Under the pieces are notes generated by a model. That model saw only the letters and a program-made list of their open reading frames with translations, did no database searches and was not told the DNA's origin. From a virus (lineage: Duplodnaviria > Heunggongvirae > Uroviricota > Caudoviricetes), in the IMG/VR virus record IMGVR_UViG_2534681697_000017, positions 1 to 19,108 of that record: DNA of 19,108 nucleotides; one strand, given 5' to 3'. Positions within the stretch are counted from its first letter, which is position 1, and every line of letters starts with the position of its first letter. The position numbers and the translations under genes were made by a program. Shown here piece by piece: positions 1-7,673 of the stretch.

Positions 1-277
1 TGATAAAGCGTATTCAGGGCGCGCATTGCGCAACGAGCTGAAAAATAACGGTATAAAGGCAGTAATCCCCCGAAAGTCAAATGAGAAAATGGCATCGGAT
101 GGACGTGCACAGCTTGATCGTGATGCGTACCGCAATCGTAATGTCGTTGAACGGTGCTTTGGGCGGCTGAAAGAATATCGCCGCATCGCCACGCGTTACG
201 ACAAAACGGCGAGAAATTACCTGGCGATGGTGAAACTGGGCTGCATCCGACTCTTTTATCAACGCTTACGTAATTAA
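1..277 (+). CDS. DDE transposase, C-terminal portion (IS4/IS5 superfamily, IS427-like tail); 5' end lies outside the window
   Basis: The frame is open from base 2 to the stop at 275-277. The tail VVERCFGRLKEYRRIATRYDKTARNYLAMVKLGCIRL matches the conserved C-terminal block of IS5-family (IS427-group) transposases as I recall it. The exact IS is not recognised. Confidence 0.6.
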   Translation, partial: DKAYSGRALRNELKNNGIKAVIPRKSNEKMASDGRAQLDRDAYRNRNVVERCFGRLKEYRRIATRYDKTARNYLAMVKLGCIRLFYQRLRN

Positions 278-288
278 GGGACACAGCC
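1..288 (+). mobile_element. Partial IS element (right end), identity unresolved, abutting truncated IS600
   Basis: Transposase stop at 277; IS600 homology begins at 289, so the element terminus lies within about 278-288 (GGGACACAGCC). The boundary is inferred only from the loss of IS600 identity. Confidence 0.45.
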
Positions 289-793
289 TAATCTCCAGTT
301 TTAGCCGCTCATCACTTTGTTTTCTGTCTGAGGGTTCATGCTGTACCCAGTTGTAATAACCGCTCCTGGATACACCAAATACCTGACACATCGCTTCAAT
401 GGGAAATTGTTGTCGCCATTGTTCGATTAACGCGTATTTTTCAGCGACTCCTGTGCAAAATACGCTGTTGCTTTTTTTAATATATCTCGCTCAAGGCGAG
501 CTTCATTTAACGCCTTACGCAGTTGCAGAATTTCAGATTCCAGTTCAGCCACCGTGCGGGAACCAGGAGTACCGAGCCCTTTTCTGGCGGCGGTAACCCA
601 TTGTCCTAAAGTGCCTTCAGGAAGGGATAATCGGGAAGCGCCTTCACTGATCGAAAGTTGATTTTCAAGAACCGTTCTGACAGCTTCGGCTTTGAACTCT
701 TTAGAGTAACGTTGGGTTTTTCTGCTCATTATTAGCTCCTTCTGATGCCATTCTATTTCAGGAAGGAGTGTCCGTTAAACTCAGGCTACCTCA
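289..793 (-). mobile_element. IS600 (IS3 family), truncated copy: left inverted repeat, orfA and the first ~45 codons of orfB
   Basis: The reverse complement of 289-793 matches 2416-2920 of the complete IS600 copy at every position I compared by eye (terminal TGAGGTAGCCTGAGTTTAACGG through CTGGAGATTA); identity stops at 288/289. Confidence 0.85.
427..729 (-). CDS. IS600 OrfA (IS3-family transposase HTH subunit)
   Basis: 100-aa ORF identical in protein sequence to the orfA at 2480-2782; recognised as IS600 OrfA from memory. Confidence 0.85.
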   Translation of the reverse strand: MSRKTQRYSKEFKAEAVRTVLENQLSISEGASRLSLPEGTLGQWVTAARKGLGTPGSRTVAELESEILQLRKALNEARLERDILKKATAYFAQESLKNTR

Positions 794-952
794 CTGCGCA
801 ATTGGCATTGTGCGAATTATTCATTCAGTAAAAAAGATTGAGCGTTTTTTCACTGAAGAATAACAGCACAAATAAAACACACGATTAAATAAGAAAACAT
901 GAAAACAATCCGCACTCGCGGAGGTATCCATATATATAAACACGAGGTTAGC

Positions 953-1216
953 ATGCTCAGGACAAATCAAAAAATACTGAAGGATGCATATTTTGACAGG
1001 GGGCGAGATCTCGCAAAGCTTTGCGCCGCACTAAAAGAAATCAGTCAGTATTTCACTGATATTGAAGATGATATAGCTAACAAAGGTGCCAGTATTACAT
1101 TAGCGAACAGAGCACATTTTATGGGCTTTAATGTTTTCACAGCCATAAGAACATTAAAAGAACAAAAAGAAGAAATAGAAAAGCTCAAATACAGACATAA
1201 AGCCAAGAGGGTGTAA
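953..1216 (+). CDS. Hypothetical protein, first gene of a coupled six-gene cassette
   Basis: ORF open from 899; preferred start is ATG 953, preceded by GAGG (944-947) at 5-nt spacing. The stop overlaps the next start (TAATG at 1214-1218). No recognisable family. Confidence 0.4.
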   Translation: MLRTNQKILKDAYFDRGRDLAKLCAALKEISQYFTDIEDDIANKGASITLANRAHFMGFNVFTAIRTLKEQKEEIEKLKYRHKAKRV

Positions 1217-1419
1217 TGGCAATTAAGCATTTTCCTGTCGTTCGTTTCACCTCCAGAGACCGCGAATATGAGGTCGACGAACGACTGATTACCACTATCG
1301 ACAAACATCGTTCGGAAAAGGATGCACACCACATCTACCTCACTGACGGCACTTACTTCTGCGCCACCAACGTGGCGCGGGTGAATCTTATCCGACAGGT
1401 ACAGGAGCCACGTAGATGA
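1216..1419 (+). CDS. Hypothetical protein (67 aa)
   Basis: ATG 1216 preceded by AGAGGG; stop overlaps the next start (ATGA at 1416-1419), indicating translational coupling. Confidence 0.45.
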   Translation: MAIKHFPVVRFTSRDREYEVDERLITTIDKHRSEKDAHHIYLTDGTYFCATNVARVNLIRQVQEPRR

Positions 1420-1682
1420 CCATTCTGGACTACATCGCTACTCATCCGGGTTGTAGCGGCGGAGAGATCGCCGCAGCACTGAATACCCCAACCACAGCCA
1501 TTAATGCTGAGTTACGCCAACTTTGGCGCGGCGGCTTGGTCATCAGAACAAACCGCAGCACAGGTGGTCGCGCTCGCAAAACAGGAGGCCAGGCTTCTTA
1601 CCACGTAAACCCGATGCCATTCGGGTGTGGCAATCCACTTACTCACATGTTTAACCAGCTGCTGAAGGAAGCCAGAGCATGA
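1416..1682 (+). CDS. Hypothetical protein, possible winged-helix DNA-binding protein (88 aa)
   Basis: ATG 1416 with AGGAG upstream. The N-terminal LDYIATHPGCSGGEIAAALN...LRQLWRGGLVIR pattern resembles a winged-helix fold; that assignment is an inference. Confidence 0.45.
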   Translation: MTILDYIATHPGCSGGEIAAALNTPTTAINAELRQLWRGGLVIRTNRSTGGRARKTGGQASYHVNPMPFGCGNPLTHMFNQLLKEARA

Positions 1683-1978
1683 GCGCCATCAACCACCAGA
1701 AGCTACGCGAACTGGCATTTTCCCTGCAACGAATGGCAACGCCTCAAAAATTACTGGCATTTCGCGCAATGCTCTCGTCGTCTGCTGTGCTGGCACTGCT
1801 GGATGACCTGGAGCACGCCAGAACCACGGCTCCTGCCATTCGCCTGACACTCCATCATGAAATCGCTGATTTCTGCGCAACATTGGAGGCGCCAGGCGAA
1901 CCGGAAACGCCGGAAGCAATACAGCAAGAACTGCTGCAACGCATTGACAAGGTTTTCGATTTTTTCCTTAACCAGTAA
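1679..1978 (+). CDS. Hypothetical protein (99 aa)
   Basis: ATG 1679 overlaps the upstream stop (ATGA); GAAGGAAG ribosome-binding site upstream. Confidence 0.45.
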   Translation: MSAINHQKLRELAFSLQRMATPQKLLAFRAMLSSSAVLALLDDLEHARTTAPAIRLTLHHEIADFCATLEAPGEPETPEAIQQELLQRIDKVFDFFLNQ

Positions 1979-1988
1979 GGGCCGCAAC

Positions 1989-2192
1989 ATGAACAACAAG
2001 ACATGGTTTCGCGCATACATGTGGGCGCTGGTATGCGTCCTTGTCTCTCTCATTCTGTATGTAGGGGTACTCCCCCGAATGATTTCATCAGACAGCTCCT
2101 TCCTGGTATTGCTGGGCATTTTCATTGCCATGCTGTACCCGGCAGGCGTTGTTCGCCTTTTCAGTAAGTACATCAAGGAAATCAAACAATGA
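1989..2192 (+). CDS. Small membrane protein, two predicted transmembrane helices (67 aa)
   Basis: ATG 1989 inside the longer listed ORF 1857-2192. Two hydrophobic stretches (WALVCVLVSLILYVGVL and FLVLLGIFIAMLYPAGVV). Stop overlaps the next start (ATGA at 2189-2192). Confidence 0.45.
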   Translation: MNNKTWFRAYMWALVCVLVSLILYVGVLPRMISSDSSFLVLLGIFIAMLYPAGVVRLFSKYIKEIKQ

Positions 2193-2428
2193 AGAAATTC
2201 AAACTCTTTCAGATTCTCCCGCTTTTTGCCGCCATCCTGCTGGTTGGTTGCGATCGCGTTGAGCCAGGTAATGTGGGCATCAAAGTCAACAAGCTGGGCG
2301 ATGACAAAGGCGTTGGCGAAGTGGTTGGCGTTGGCCGCTACTGGACTGGCTGGAATACCGAGGTTTACATCTTCCCGACCTTCAAACAAATGAAGACCTA
2401 CGATGAGCCGTTCAGTGAGGTAGCCTGA
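2189..2428 (+). pseudogene. Lipoprotein with SPFH/band-7-like N-terminus, truncated by IS600 insertion
   Basis: Signal peptide plus lipobox (LLVGC). GNVGIKVNKLGD...YWTGWNTEVYIFPTFKQ resembles the start of SPFH-domain proteins. The last four codons and the stop (2417-2428) are encoded by the IS600 left terminus, so the native 3' end is missing. Confidence 0.5.
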
Positions 2429-2479
2429 GTTTAACGGACACTCCTTCCTGAAATAGAATGGCATCAGAAGGAGCTAATA

Positions 2480-2782
2480 ATGAGCAGAAAAACCCAACGT
2501 TACTCTAAAGAGTTCAAAGCCGAAGCTGTCAGAACGGTTCTTGAAAATCAACTTTCGATCAGTGAAGGCGCTTCCCGATTATCCCTTCCTGAAGGCACTT
2601 TAGGACAATGGGTTACCGCCGCCAGAAAAGGGCTCGGTACTCCTGGTTCCCGCACGGTGGCTGAACTGGAATCTGAAATTCTGCAACTGCGTAAGGCGTT
2701 AAATGAAGCTCGCCTTGAGCGAGATATATTAAAAAAAGCAACAGCGTATTTTGCACAGGAGTCGCTGAAAAATACGCGTTAA
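2480..2782 (+). CDS. IS600 OrfA
   Basis: 100-aa ORF with GGAG upstream; sequence recognised as IS600 OrfA (MSRKTQRYSKEFKAEAVR...). Confidence 0.9.
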   Translation: MSRKTQRYSKEFKAEAVRTVLENQLSISEGASRLSLPEGTLGQWVTAARKGLGTPGSRTVAELESEILQLRKALNEARLERDILKKATAYFAQESLKNTR

Positions 2783-2817
2783 TCGAACAATGGCGACAAC
2801 AATTTCCCATTGAAGCG

Positions 2818-3636
2818 ATGTGTCAGGTATTTGGTGTATCCAGGAGCGGTTATTACAACTGGGTACAGCATGAACCCTCAGACAGAAAACAAAGTGATGA
2901 GCGGCTAAAACTGGAGATTAAGGTGGCACATATCCGCACTCGCGAAACATATGGAACCCGGCGGCTCCAGACGGAGCTGGCAGAGAATGGCATCATCGTT
3001 GGTCGTGACCGACTGGCACGTCTTCGTAAGGAGCTAAGGCTACGCTGTAAGCAGAAACGCAAGTTCAGAGCGACTACGAACCCGAACCACAATCTGCCAG
3101 TTGCGCCAAATCTGCTGAACCAGACGTTCGCTCCTACAGCACCAAATCAGGTCTGGGTGGCGGACCTGACGTATGTTGCCACACAGGAGGGATGGTTGTA
3201 CCTCGCTGGCATCAAAGATGTTTATACGTGCGAAATTGTCGGCTACGCCATGGGAGAGCGCATGACAAAAGAGCTGACAGGTAAAGCCCTGTTTATGGCG
3301 CTCAGGAGCCAGCGCCCACCTGCCGGGCTAATCCACCACTCTGATCGAGGTTCACAGTACTGCGCATACGATTACCGGGTCATACAGGAGCAGTTTGGTC
3401 TGAAAACATCAATGTCGCGTAAAGGTAACTGTTACGACAACGCTCCGATGGAAAGCTTCTGGGGAACGCTGAAAAATGAGAGCCTGAGCCACTATCGTTT
3501 TAATAACCGGGATGAAGCCATCTCAGTAATACGGGAATACATTGAGATTTTCTACAATCGTCAGCGTCGTCACTCTCGTCTGGGGAATATCTCCCCGGCA
3601 GCCTTCAGGGAAAAATATCATCAGATGGCTGCTTAA
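2818..3636 (+). CDS. IS600 OrfB (DDE integrase-type transposase); normally made as an OrfAB fusion by -1 frameshifting
   Basis: 272-aa ORF with an rve-type DDE core (HSDRGSQY...CYDNAPMESFWGTLK). Coordinates are from the first in-frame ATG; the frame is open upstream into the orfA overlap. Confidence 0.9.
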   Translation: MCQVFGVSRSGYYNWVQHEPSDRKQSDERLKLEIKVAHIRTRETYGTRRLQTELAENGIIVGRDRLARLRKELRLRCKQKRKFRATTNPNHNLPVAPNLLNQTFAPTAPNQVWVADLTYVATQEGWLYLAGIKDVYTCEIVGYAMGERMTKELTGKALFMALRSQRPPAGLIHHSDRGSQYCAYDYRVIQEQFGLKTSMSRKGNCYDNAPMESFWGTLKNESLSHYRFNNRDEAISVIREYIEIFYNRQRRHSRLGNISPAAFREKYHQMAA

Positions 3637-3660
3637 AAAAAGAACAAATGGTAGTGTCCG

Positions 3661-3879
3661 CTATTGCCAGTACACCTCAAAATCACGGGTATGTAGAATT
3701 TTCGATGGTTCACCTGAATAAACCTCATCCAGAGCTCTAACGTATTCGAGAGTTTCAGCGTTGGACAACCAGTGATCCAGACGCTTCCCGAAACGTTTTG
3801 CAATATCAGTGGCATTAATCCAGCCATCAGTATTGAAGCGGATAGGTTCGCCTTTGTAATTCAGTGGAACGATATTCAT
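3661..3879 (-). pseudogene. KilA-N-like phage protein (possible antirepressor N-terminal domain), 3'-truncated by IS600
   Basis: The N-terminus MNIVPLNYKGEPIRFNTDGWINATDIAKRFGK resembles KilA-N domains. The ORF runs into the IS600 right end (native sequence only 3680-3879). Confidence 0.45.
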
Positions 3880-4026
3880 AGCGTCTTACCTTTTAGAAAG
3901 ATGAGCCTGTTCGCACAGAAAAGCCGTCCCCGAGATGGTCGCCACCATATACGGCAGTTCTCAGGCTCAGCTTTCTGAAAAACTCGGGATTGTTACGCGC
4001 TGCGATGCGCGGTTTACTGCGGACAT

Positions 4027-4052
4027 ATAAAAGCCCCGCAAGTGCGAGGCTC
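4027..4052 (-). terminator. Putative intrinsic terminator downstream of Rz
   Basis: Minus-strand RNA AGCCUCGC-ACUU-GCGGGGCU forms an 8-bp stem (one G-U pair) followed by UUUUAUA, about 30 nt after the Rz stop. Confidence 0.4.
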
Positions 4053-4083
4053 ATTAAATGGACTTTGTGATTTGCAAAAAAAT

Positions 4084-4551
4084 TTATTTCAGGCACTGAG
4101 TCCTGATGTACTCCTGAAGCATTCTCAATGCTGTCTGGTCGCTGATGATTCCGTCCCGGATACCGAGAACGTTTCGTCCAGCAACTGGAGAGAGTTCGAC
4201 GGTGGCATCATTGCCCATGCCGGAGGCGCTGGAGGTTTCGGCTGAGGATGGCACAGGGCATTTTCCTTTGACGAGCACCCGACCACCATTATCAAGCTTG
4301 CGCCGAAGAGCATCATTTTCAGCTTTCGCATCAGCTAACTCCTTCGTGTATTTAGCATCGAGTGCATCAGCAGCACGCTGGCGCTGCTGCATGTCAGTAA
4401 TGGTTGCGTTCGCCAGCTTCAGTTCTCTTGCGTTTTTGTCGCGCTGCTCTTTGTAGGTAATGGCGTTATCACGGTAATGATTAACAGCCCATGACAGGCG
4501 GACGATGATGCAGATAACCAGAGCGGAGATAATCGCGGTGACTCTGCTCAT
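4084..4551 (-). CDS. Rz: Rz, inner-membrane spanin (i-spanin)
   Basis: N-terminal transmembrane segment then a charged coiled-coil region; sits immediately after the endolysin with the start overlapping its stop; contains an embedded lipoprotein ORF in the +1 frame. Start taken as ATG 4551 (the listed ORF begins at GTG 4563). Confidence 0.8.
   Translation of the reverse strand: MSRVTAIISALVICIIVRLSWAVNHYRDNAITYKEQRDKNARELKLANATITDMQQRQRAADALDAKYTKELADAKAENDALRRKLDNGGRVLVKGKCPVPSSAETSSASGMGNDATVELSPVAGRNVLGIRDGIISDQTALRMLQEYIRTQCLK
4125..4331 (-). CDS. Rz1: Rz1, outer-membrane lipoprotein spanin (o-spanin), embedded in Rz
   Basis: [19 protein letters not shown] lipoprotein signal followed by a proline-rich segment ([11 protein letters not shown]), entirely inside Rz in another frame: the classic Rz/Rz1 arrangement. 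Confidence 0.7.
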   Translation of the reverse strand: MRKLKMMLFGASLIMVVGCSSKENALCHPQPKPPAPPAWAMMPPSNSLQLLDETFSVSGTESSATRQH

Positions 4552-5021
4552 TGCTGCCCCCACAAACAGACTTCACGCTCAATCTCACGACGGGTCATCA
4601 GCCCTTTCCATTGCTTACCGCCAGCATATGTCCAGCGACGTAGCTGGTCACATGCGCCTTTGATATCGCCCTGGTTTATTTTGCGAAGAAGCGTCGATGT
4701 TCTGAAATTGCCAGCGCCCACGTTGTAAACGAACGAGTAAAGAGCGCCGCGCGTTGTTTCCGGTATATCGACTTTGATGTACGGGTTAATTTGTCTGGCG
4801 ACAGTGGCAAGGTCTTTATTCAGGAGAGCTTTGCATTCTGCTTCGGTATACGTTTTACCAGGCATGATGTCTTTTCCGGTGTGTCCGTGACATACAGTCC
4901 ATACACCAATGATATCTTTGTATGGTATGTAGCTGACACCTTCCAGACCATCGTTACCACCTGGGCCAGTGATTAACACAGATGCTATAGCAAACAGCCC
5001 CGCCACCAATAGCAACTGCAA
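4548..5021 (-). CDS. R: Phage lysozyme (P21 R-like SAR endolysin); N-terminus disrupted by a frameshift, listed ORF starts at a TTG
   Basis: [15 protein letters not shown]...[15 protein letters not shown] matches P21-type endolysin as recalled. The expected ATG (5046-5044, overlapping the S stop as TAATG) opens a different frame that stops after 30 codons ([30 protein letters not shown]). See findings. Confidence 0.7.
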   Translation of the reverse strand: MQLLLVAGLFAIASVLITGPGGNDGLEGVSYIPYKDIIGVWTVCHGHTGKDIMPGKTYTEAECKALLNKDLATVARQINPYIKVDIPETTRGALYSFVYNVGAGNFRTSTLLRKINQGDIKGACDQLRRWTYAGGKQWKGLMTRREIEREVCLWGQQ

Positions 5022-5045
5022 CAGCCTTGCGTAATGATGGCGACA

Positions 5046-5261
5046 TTATTCACCTCTCGCAGCCTTACGCTTATCTTCTCTTATTTTGAAATACAGATTC
5101 GTCAGATAAGTCAGAAGCCCCAGAAGCAGACTTCCCAGCACACCAATCGCAGCCCACTGTGATGGACTGACCTGATCCAACCACTGCAAAAACCAGTAGC
5201 CGGCACTGCCGGCGGAGGTGCCGTAGGCAATGCCCGTTGAAATTTTATCCATGGATTTCAT
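5046..5261 (-). CDS. S: Class II holin, P21 S-like pinholin with dual-start motif
   Basis: [71 protein letters not shown] is near-identical to S21 as I recall it; Met1-Lys-Ser-Met4 dual start; strong GGAGGTGAGG ribosome-binding site upstream. Confidence 0.85.
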   Translation of the reverse strand: MKSMDKISTGIAYGTSAGSAGYWFLQWLDQVSPSQWAAIGVLGSLLLGLLTYLTNLYFKIREDKRKAARGE

Positions 5262-5550
5262 AGCCTCACCTCCGCAAATAACGGATGGCGTAGTTCTTAT
5301 ATTGGGAAGGGAAAAAGAAGGCCGCAGCGTAACTGTCACTGATGAATTCAGGATAGCCAGTGGCTACGGCTCAGTTTTGGTTGTGCTGTTGCTGGGCGGC
5401 GATGACGCCTGTACGCATTTGGTGATCCGGTTCTGCTTCCGGCATTCGCTTAATTCAGCACAACGGAAAGAGCATTTATGACTCGCATCGCGGGAAAAAG
5501 CCCACGGTAGAGAGTCGAACTCTACAAATGCTCTTACCTGTTGTGAAAAC

Positions 5551-5580
5551 AAAAAAGCCCCGACGTTTCTGCCGAGGCTC
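5551..5580 (-). terminator. Intrinsic terminator upstream of the lysis cassette (tR'-like position)
   Basis: Minus-strand AGCCUCGGC-AGAAAC-GUCGGGGCU forms a 9-bp stem (two G-U pairs) followed by UUUUUU. Confidence 0.5.
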
Positions 5581-5812
5581 TTACCTAATCTAGCCAGTAT
5601 GTCGACCCTAAATATTATCGACGACCGGGGAAATCAGGATTTCAATTTCACTGCTCAGTTCGCTTTTGCTCCGAGCATATGCAAAAAATACCACTTTCAT
5701 TTCTCGGAAGCAACGCATTTACAAAATTATTTCAGTTCAGGCCGCTATTAATGGAAATTCTTTATCCAATTCTCGTTTCATTGCATAAAACATTTCTGAC
5801 TCCAGCACTTTC

Positions 5813-6263
5813 TCACACCACTCGCTTACGACAATACTGAATATCAGCACCTGTTATATAAGAAATAATCCTGGCTATATCTTGCGTGCAATTGCGATTG
5901 CAATATCGCTTAATAGCTACATCGCGGACAGGGCTTTCACGGTGAAACGTCTTAACCATGTCCGGCATCCCACTGAGCAGACGTGAGCGTTCCGCACGAG
6001 ATACATGGTAAATAGCGATCACGCTCCCTGATATAAGCATTTACTGCCTGCTGTGCCTGCTTCAGCCAGTAACTGCGGGGTTTTAAATCGCGGCGTCTTG
6101 CTTTCAGCTTGTCTGCCTGTTCTTTTGCTGAGGCTATAGCCTTTTCTTTTCTGACCAGTTCCAGTGCACACTGACCACAACAAACTTTCTGATATGAGCG
6201 GAACGGCACAAACTGATTGCCACACACTTTGCAGTTTTTGGGTTTACGCTGTTTCATTATCAC
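5813..6263 (-). pseudogene. ninG: ninG (rap)-like recombination protein gene, disrupted
   Basis: The first 103 codons (5952-6263) match lambda NinG as recalled ([43 protein letters not shown]) and then hit a stop; the downstream sequence continues only in another frame. Confidence 0.6.
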
Positions 6264-6264
6264 C

Positions 6265-6714
6265 TCAGAAAAACGACAGCAGGCGGTTATTCAGTTCAGG
6301 ATTGTTTGTACGCCCAAACACGTGTTTCAGCGCGGCATTAATCATTGCGTTGTAGCAACGTTCAAACTCATCCTGATCCATATTCGCGTAACTCAGGCTT
6401 TTTGCCCGATATCTCACCTCACCTCTTATGGTTGTGACCACATCATAGAACCCGGCAAGAATTGTCAGATTTTTACGAAACTCATCAAACTGCGTCGCTT
6501 CATCAGAGAATTCGTATCCGGCGTGTTCAGCACACCAGTACTGAAAGCAAAAATTAAGAAAAGCGAACATCTTCCGGTGAAAAGATGGATTACGGGTAAG
6601 ATTTGCTTCCAGCGTGTACAGCTCACCGTTTTTAAATTTTGCCAGTCGGGGTAAATCGCGTTCATACGCCGGTATAAATACGCCATTAGCAGCCTTGATC
6701 ATCTCCAGCTCCAT
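6265..6714 (-). CDS. Conserved phage protein of unknown function (149 aa)
   Basis: Intact ORF whose ATG overlaps the upstream stop (ATGA at 6711-6714); lies between the primase gene and ninG. Family assignment not secure; it does not resemble Q. Confidence 0.6.
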   Translation of the reverse strand: MELEMIKAANGVFIPAYERDLPRLAKFKNGELYTLEANLTRNPSFHRKMFAFLNFCFQYWCAEHAGYEFSDEATQFDEFRKNLTILAGFYDVVTTIRGEVRYRAKSLSYANMDQDEFERCYNAMINAALKHVFGRTNNPELNNRLLSFF

Positions 6715-7673
6715 CAGGCAGCCTCCGCTTTGAATTTGCGCGTCAACACATGTTCACGGGCCTCACACCCCTGAATGAGCATGTCGTTAAAATCCGGCAA
6801 GTCAGGCCAGCGAATACTGACCTTCTCCACGTCATTACGACTCATGAGATTCTTATGCCCACATTTAAAGGCAGCCGCCAGACCTGCACCATGCTCGTCA
6901 TTGTCAGCAAAGATAATCAGGTGATTAACGCCAGGTGGAGCAATAAACTTCTCCATAAAGCCAGAATTCATTGTTGACCATACGTTGCAGCGAAATATCT
7001 GGCGACATGACAGCGCCGTCTCAATCCCCTCTGCAATTCCCAGAGTTGATGACACCGGATACAGGCGTATCGCTACAGATTTGGCATATTCCAGATAAGA
7101 TTGCTCCTGTAATGCCAGCGCTTTTTTGGCAGCCTCCACACCCGCTTTGCGATCGCCATCCAGCAAGGTACGGTGCAGGTAACACAGCATGCCTTTATCA
7201 TCTGTTACGATTGAATAAATCGCCTGGTACTCCCGTCCATTAGCAATCTGCCGATTACAAAAACGAACGGATTCTGCCGGTAACTGGAGGATCCCCCTGT
7301 TTTTCAGATATGCCTCTCCTGAAGTTCCGCGCAAACATGGCAATCTGGCAAATTTAGCTGTAACCCTCTCCCGGTTTCTGGTTGTGTCAGTCACAACAGG
7401 TCTTGCGTGCTCTTTTTTCCAAGTATTACCAATCAGTCGATCGATTTCATCGCACAGAGTCACCCAAGGCTTACCCGTTGCCAGTTGCAACAACTGCATC
7501 CCATCGCCATGACCACAGACACATATCCACGATCCTGTTCCGCAACGGAATTTACCTTTAGCGCCGCAAATGGGGCAGGTGCCCTTGTAATGTTTACCGC
7601 CAGTGACAGGAGGCATACCGTAGTATTCAAAAATCCGCTCCCAGTGCCCCTTTGCTGCCTCCTTAGTTTGCAT
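6714..7673 (-). CDS. Zinc-ribbon plus Toprim domain protein (phage DNA primase-like)
   Basis: N-terminal Cys cluster (CPICGAKGKFRC...WICVCGHGD) and a Toprim-like acidic motif (LIIFADNDEHGAG); GGAGG ribosome-binding site; coupled to the helicase gene upstream. Confidence 0.75.
   Translation of the reverse strand: MQTKEAAKGHWERIFEYYGMPPVTGGKHYKGTCPICGAKGKFRCGTGSWICVCGHGDGMQLLQLATGKPWVTLCDEIDRLIGNTWKKEHARPVVTDTTRNRERVTAKFARLPCLRGTSGEAYLKNRGILQLPAESVRFCNRQIANGREYQAIYSIVTDDKGMLCYLHRTLLDGDRKAGVEAAKKALALQEQSYLEYAKSVAIRLYPVSSTLGIAEGIETALSCRQIFRCNVWSTMNSGFMEKFIAPPGVNHLIIFADNDEHGAGLAAAFKCGHKNLMSRNDVEKVSIRWPDLPDFNDMLIQGCEAREHVLTRKFKAEAA

Larger units (their letters stand above)
2416..3679 (+). mobile_element. 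IS600 (IS3 family), complete copy, 1264 bp
   Basis: Begins TGAGGTAGCCTGAG and ends GTACACCTCA (imperfect terminal inverted repeats); carries orfA and orfB. The length matches IS600 as I recall it. Its 3-bp flanks differ (CAG versus AAA), so there is no target-site duplication. Confidence 0.85.

Noticed and set aside
899-952. Upstream start (ATG 899) for the first cassette gene
   Set aside because: Poor ribosome-binding site at 899 versus GAGG before ATG 953; kept only as an alternative.
1857-1988. N-terminal extension giving a 111-aa version of the small membrane protein
   Set aside because: The extension overlaps the preceding gene out of frame; ATG 1989 has its own ribosome-binding site and marks where the hydrophobic protein begins.
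3772-4096. ORFs 3772-3978 (+) and 3893-4096 (-) in the Rz to KilA-N intergenic region
   Set aside because: They overlap the KilA-N gene start and the Rz terminator respectively; no ribosome-binding sites; likely spurious.
5500-5518. tRNA-like T-arm hairpin (GTAGAG-TTCGACT-CTCTAC on the minus strand), in the region where Stx-type phages carry tRNA genes
   Set aside because: No complementary acceptor-stem 5' strand within about 70 nt upstream, no D-arm or anticodon arm, no CCA; judged an isolated hairpin.
5262-5552. Possible toxin or moron cargo (for example stx) between the tR'-like terminator and the holin; 62-aa ORF at 5364-5552
   Set aside because: Only about 290 bp; the single ORF has no ribosome-binding site and an implausible composition; nothing resembling AB5 toxin subunits.
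5813-6040. 75-aa minus-strand ORF as a possible small Q-like antiterminator
   Set aside because: It overlaps the ninG N-terminal ORF in another frame and represents frameshifted ninG tail; no similarity to Q families that I can recognise.
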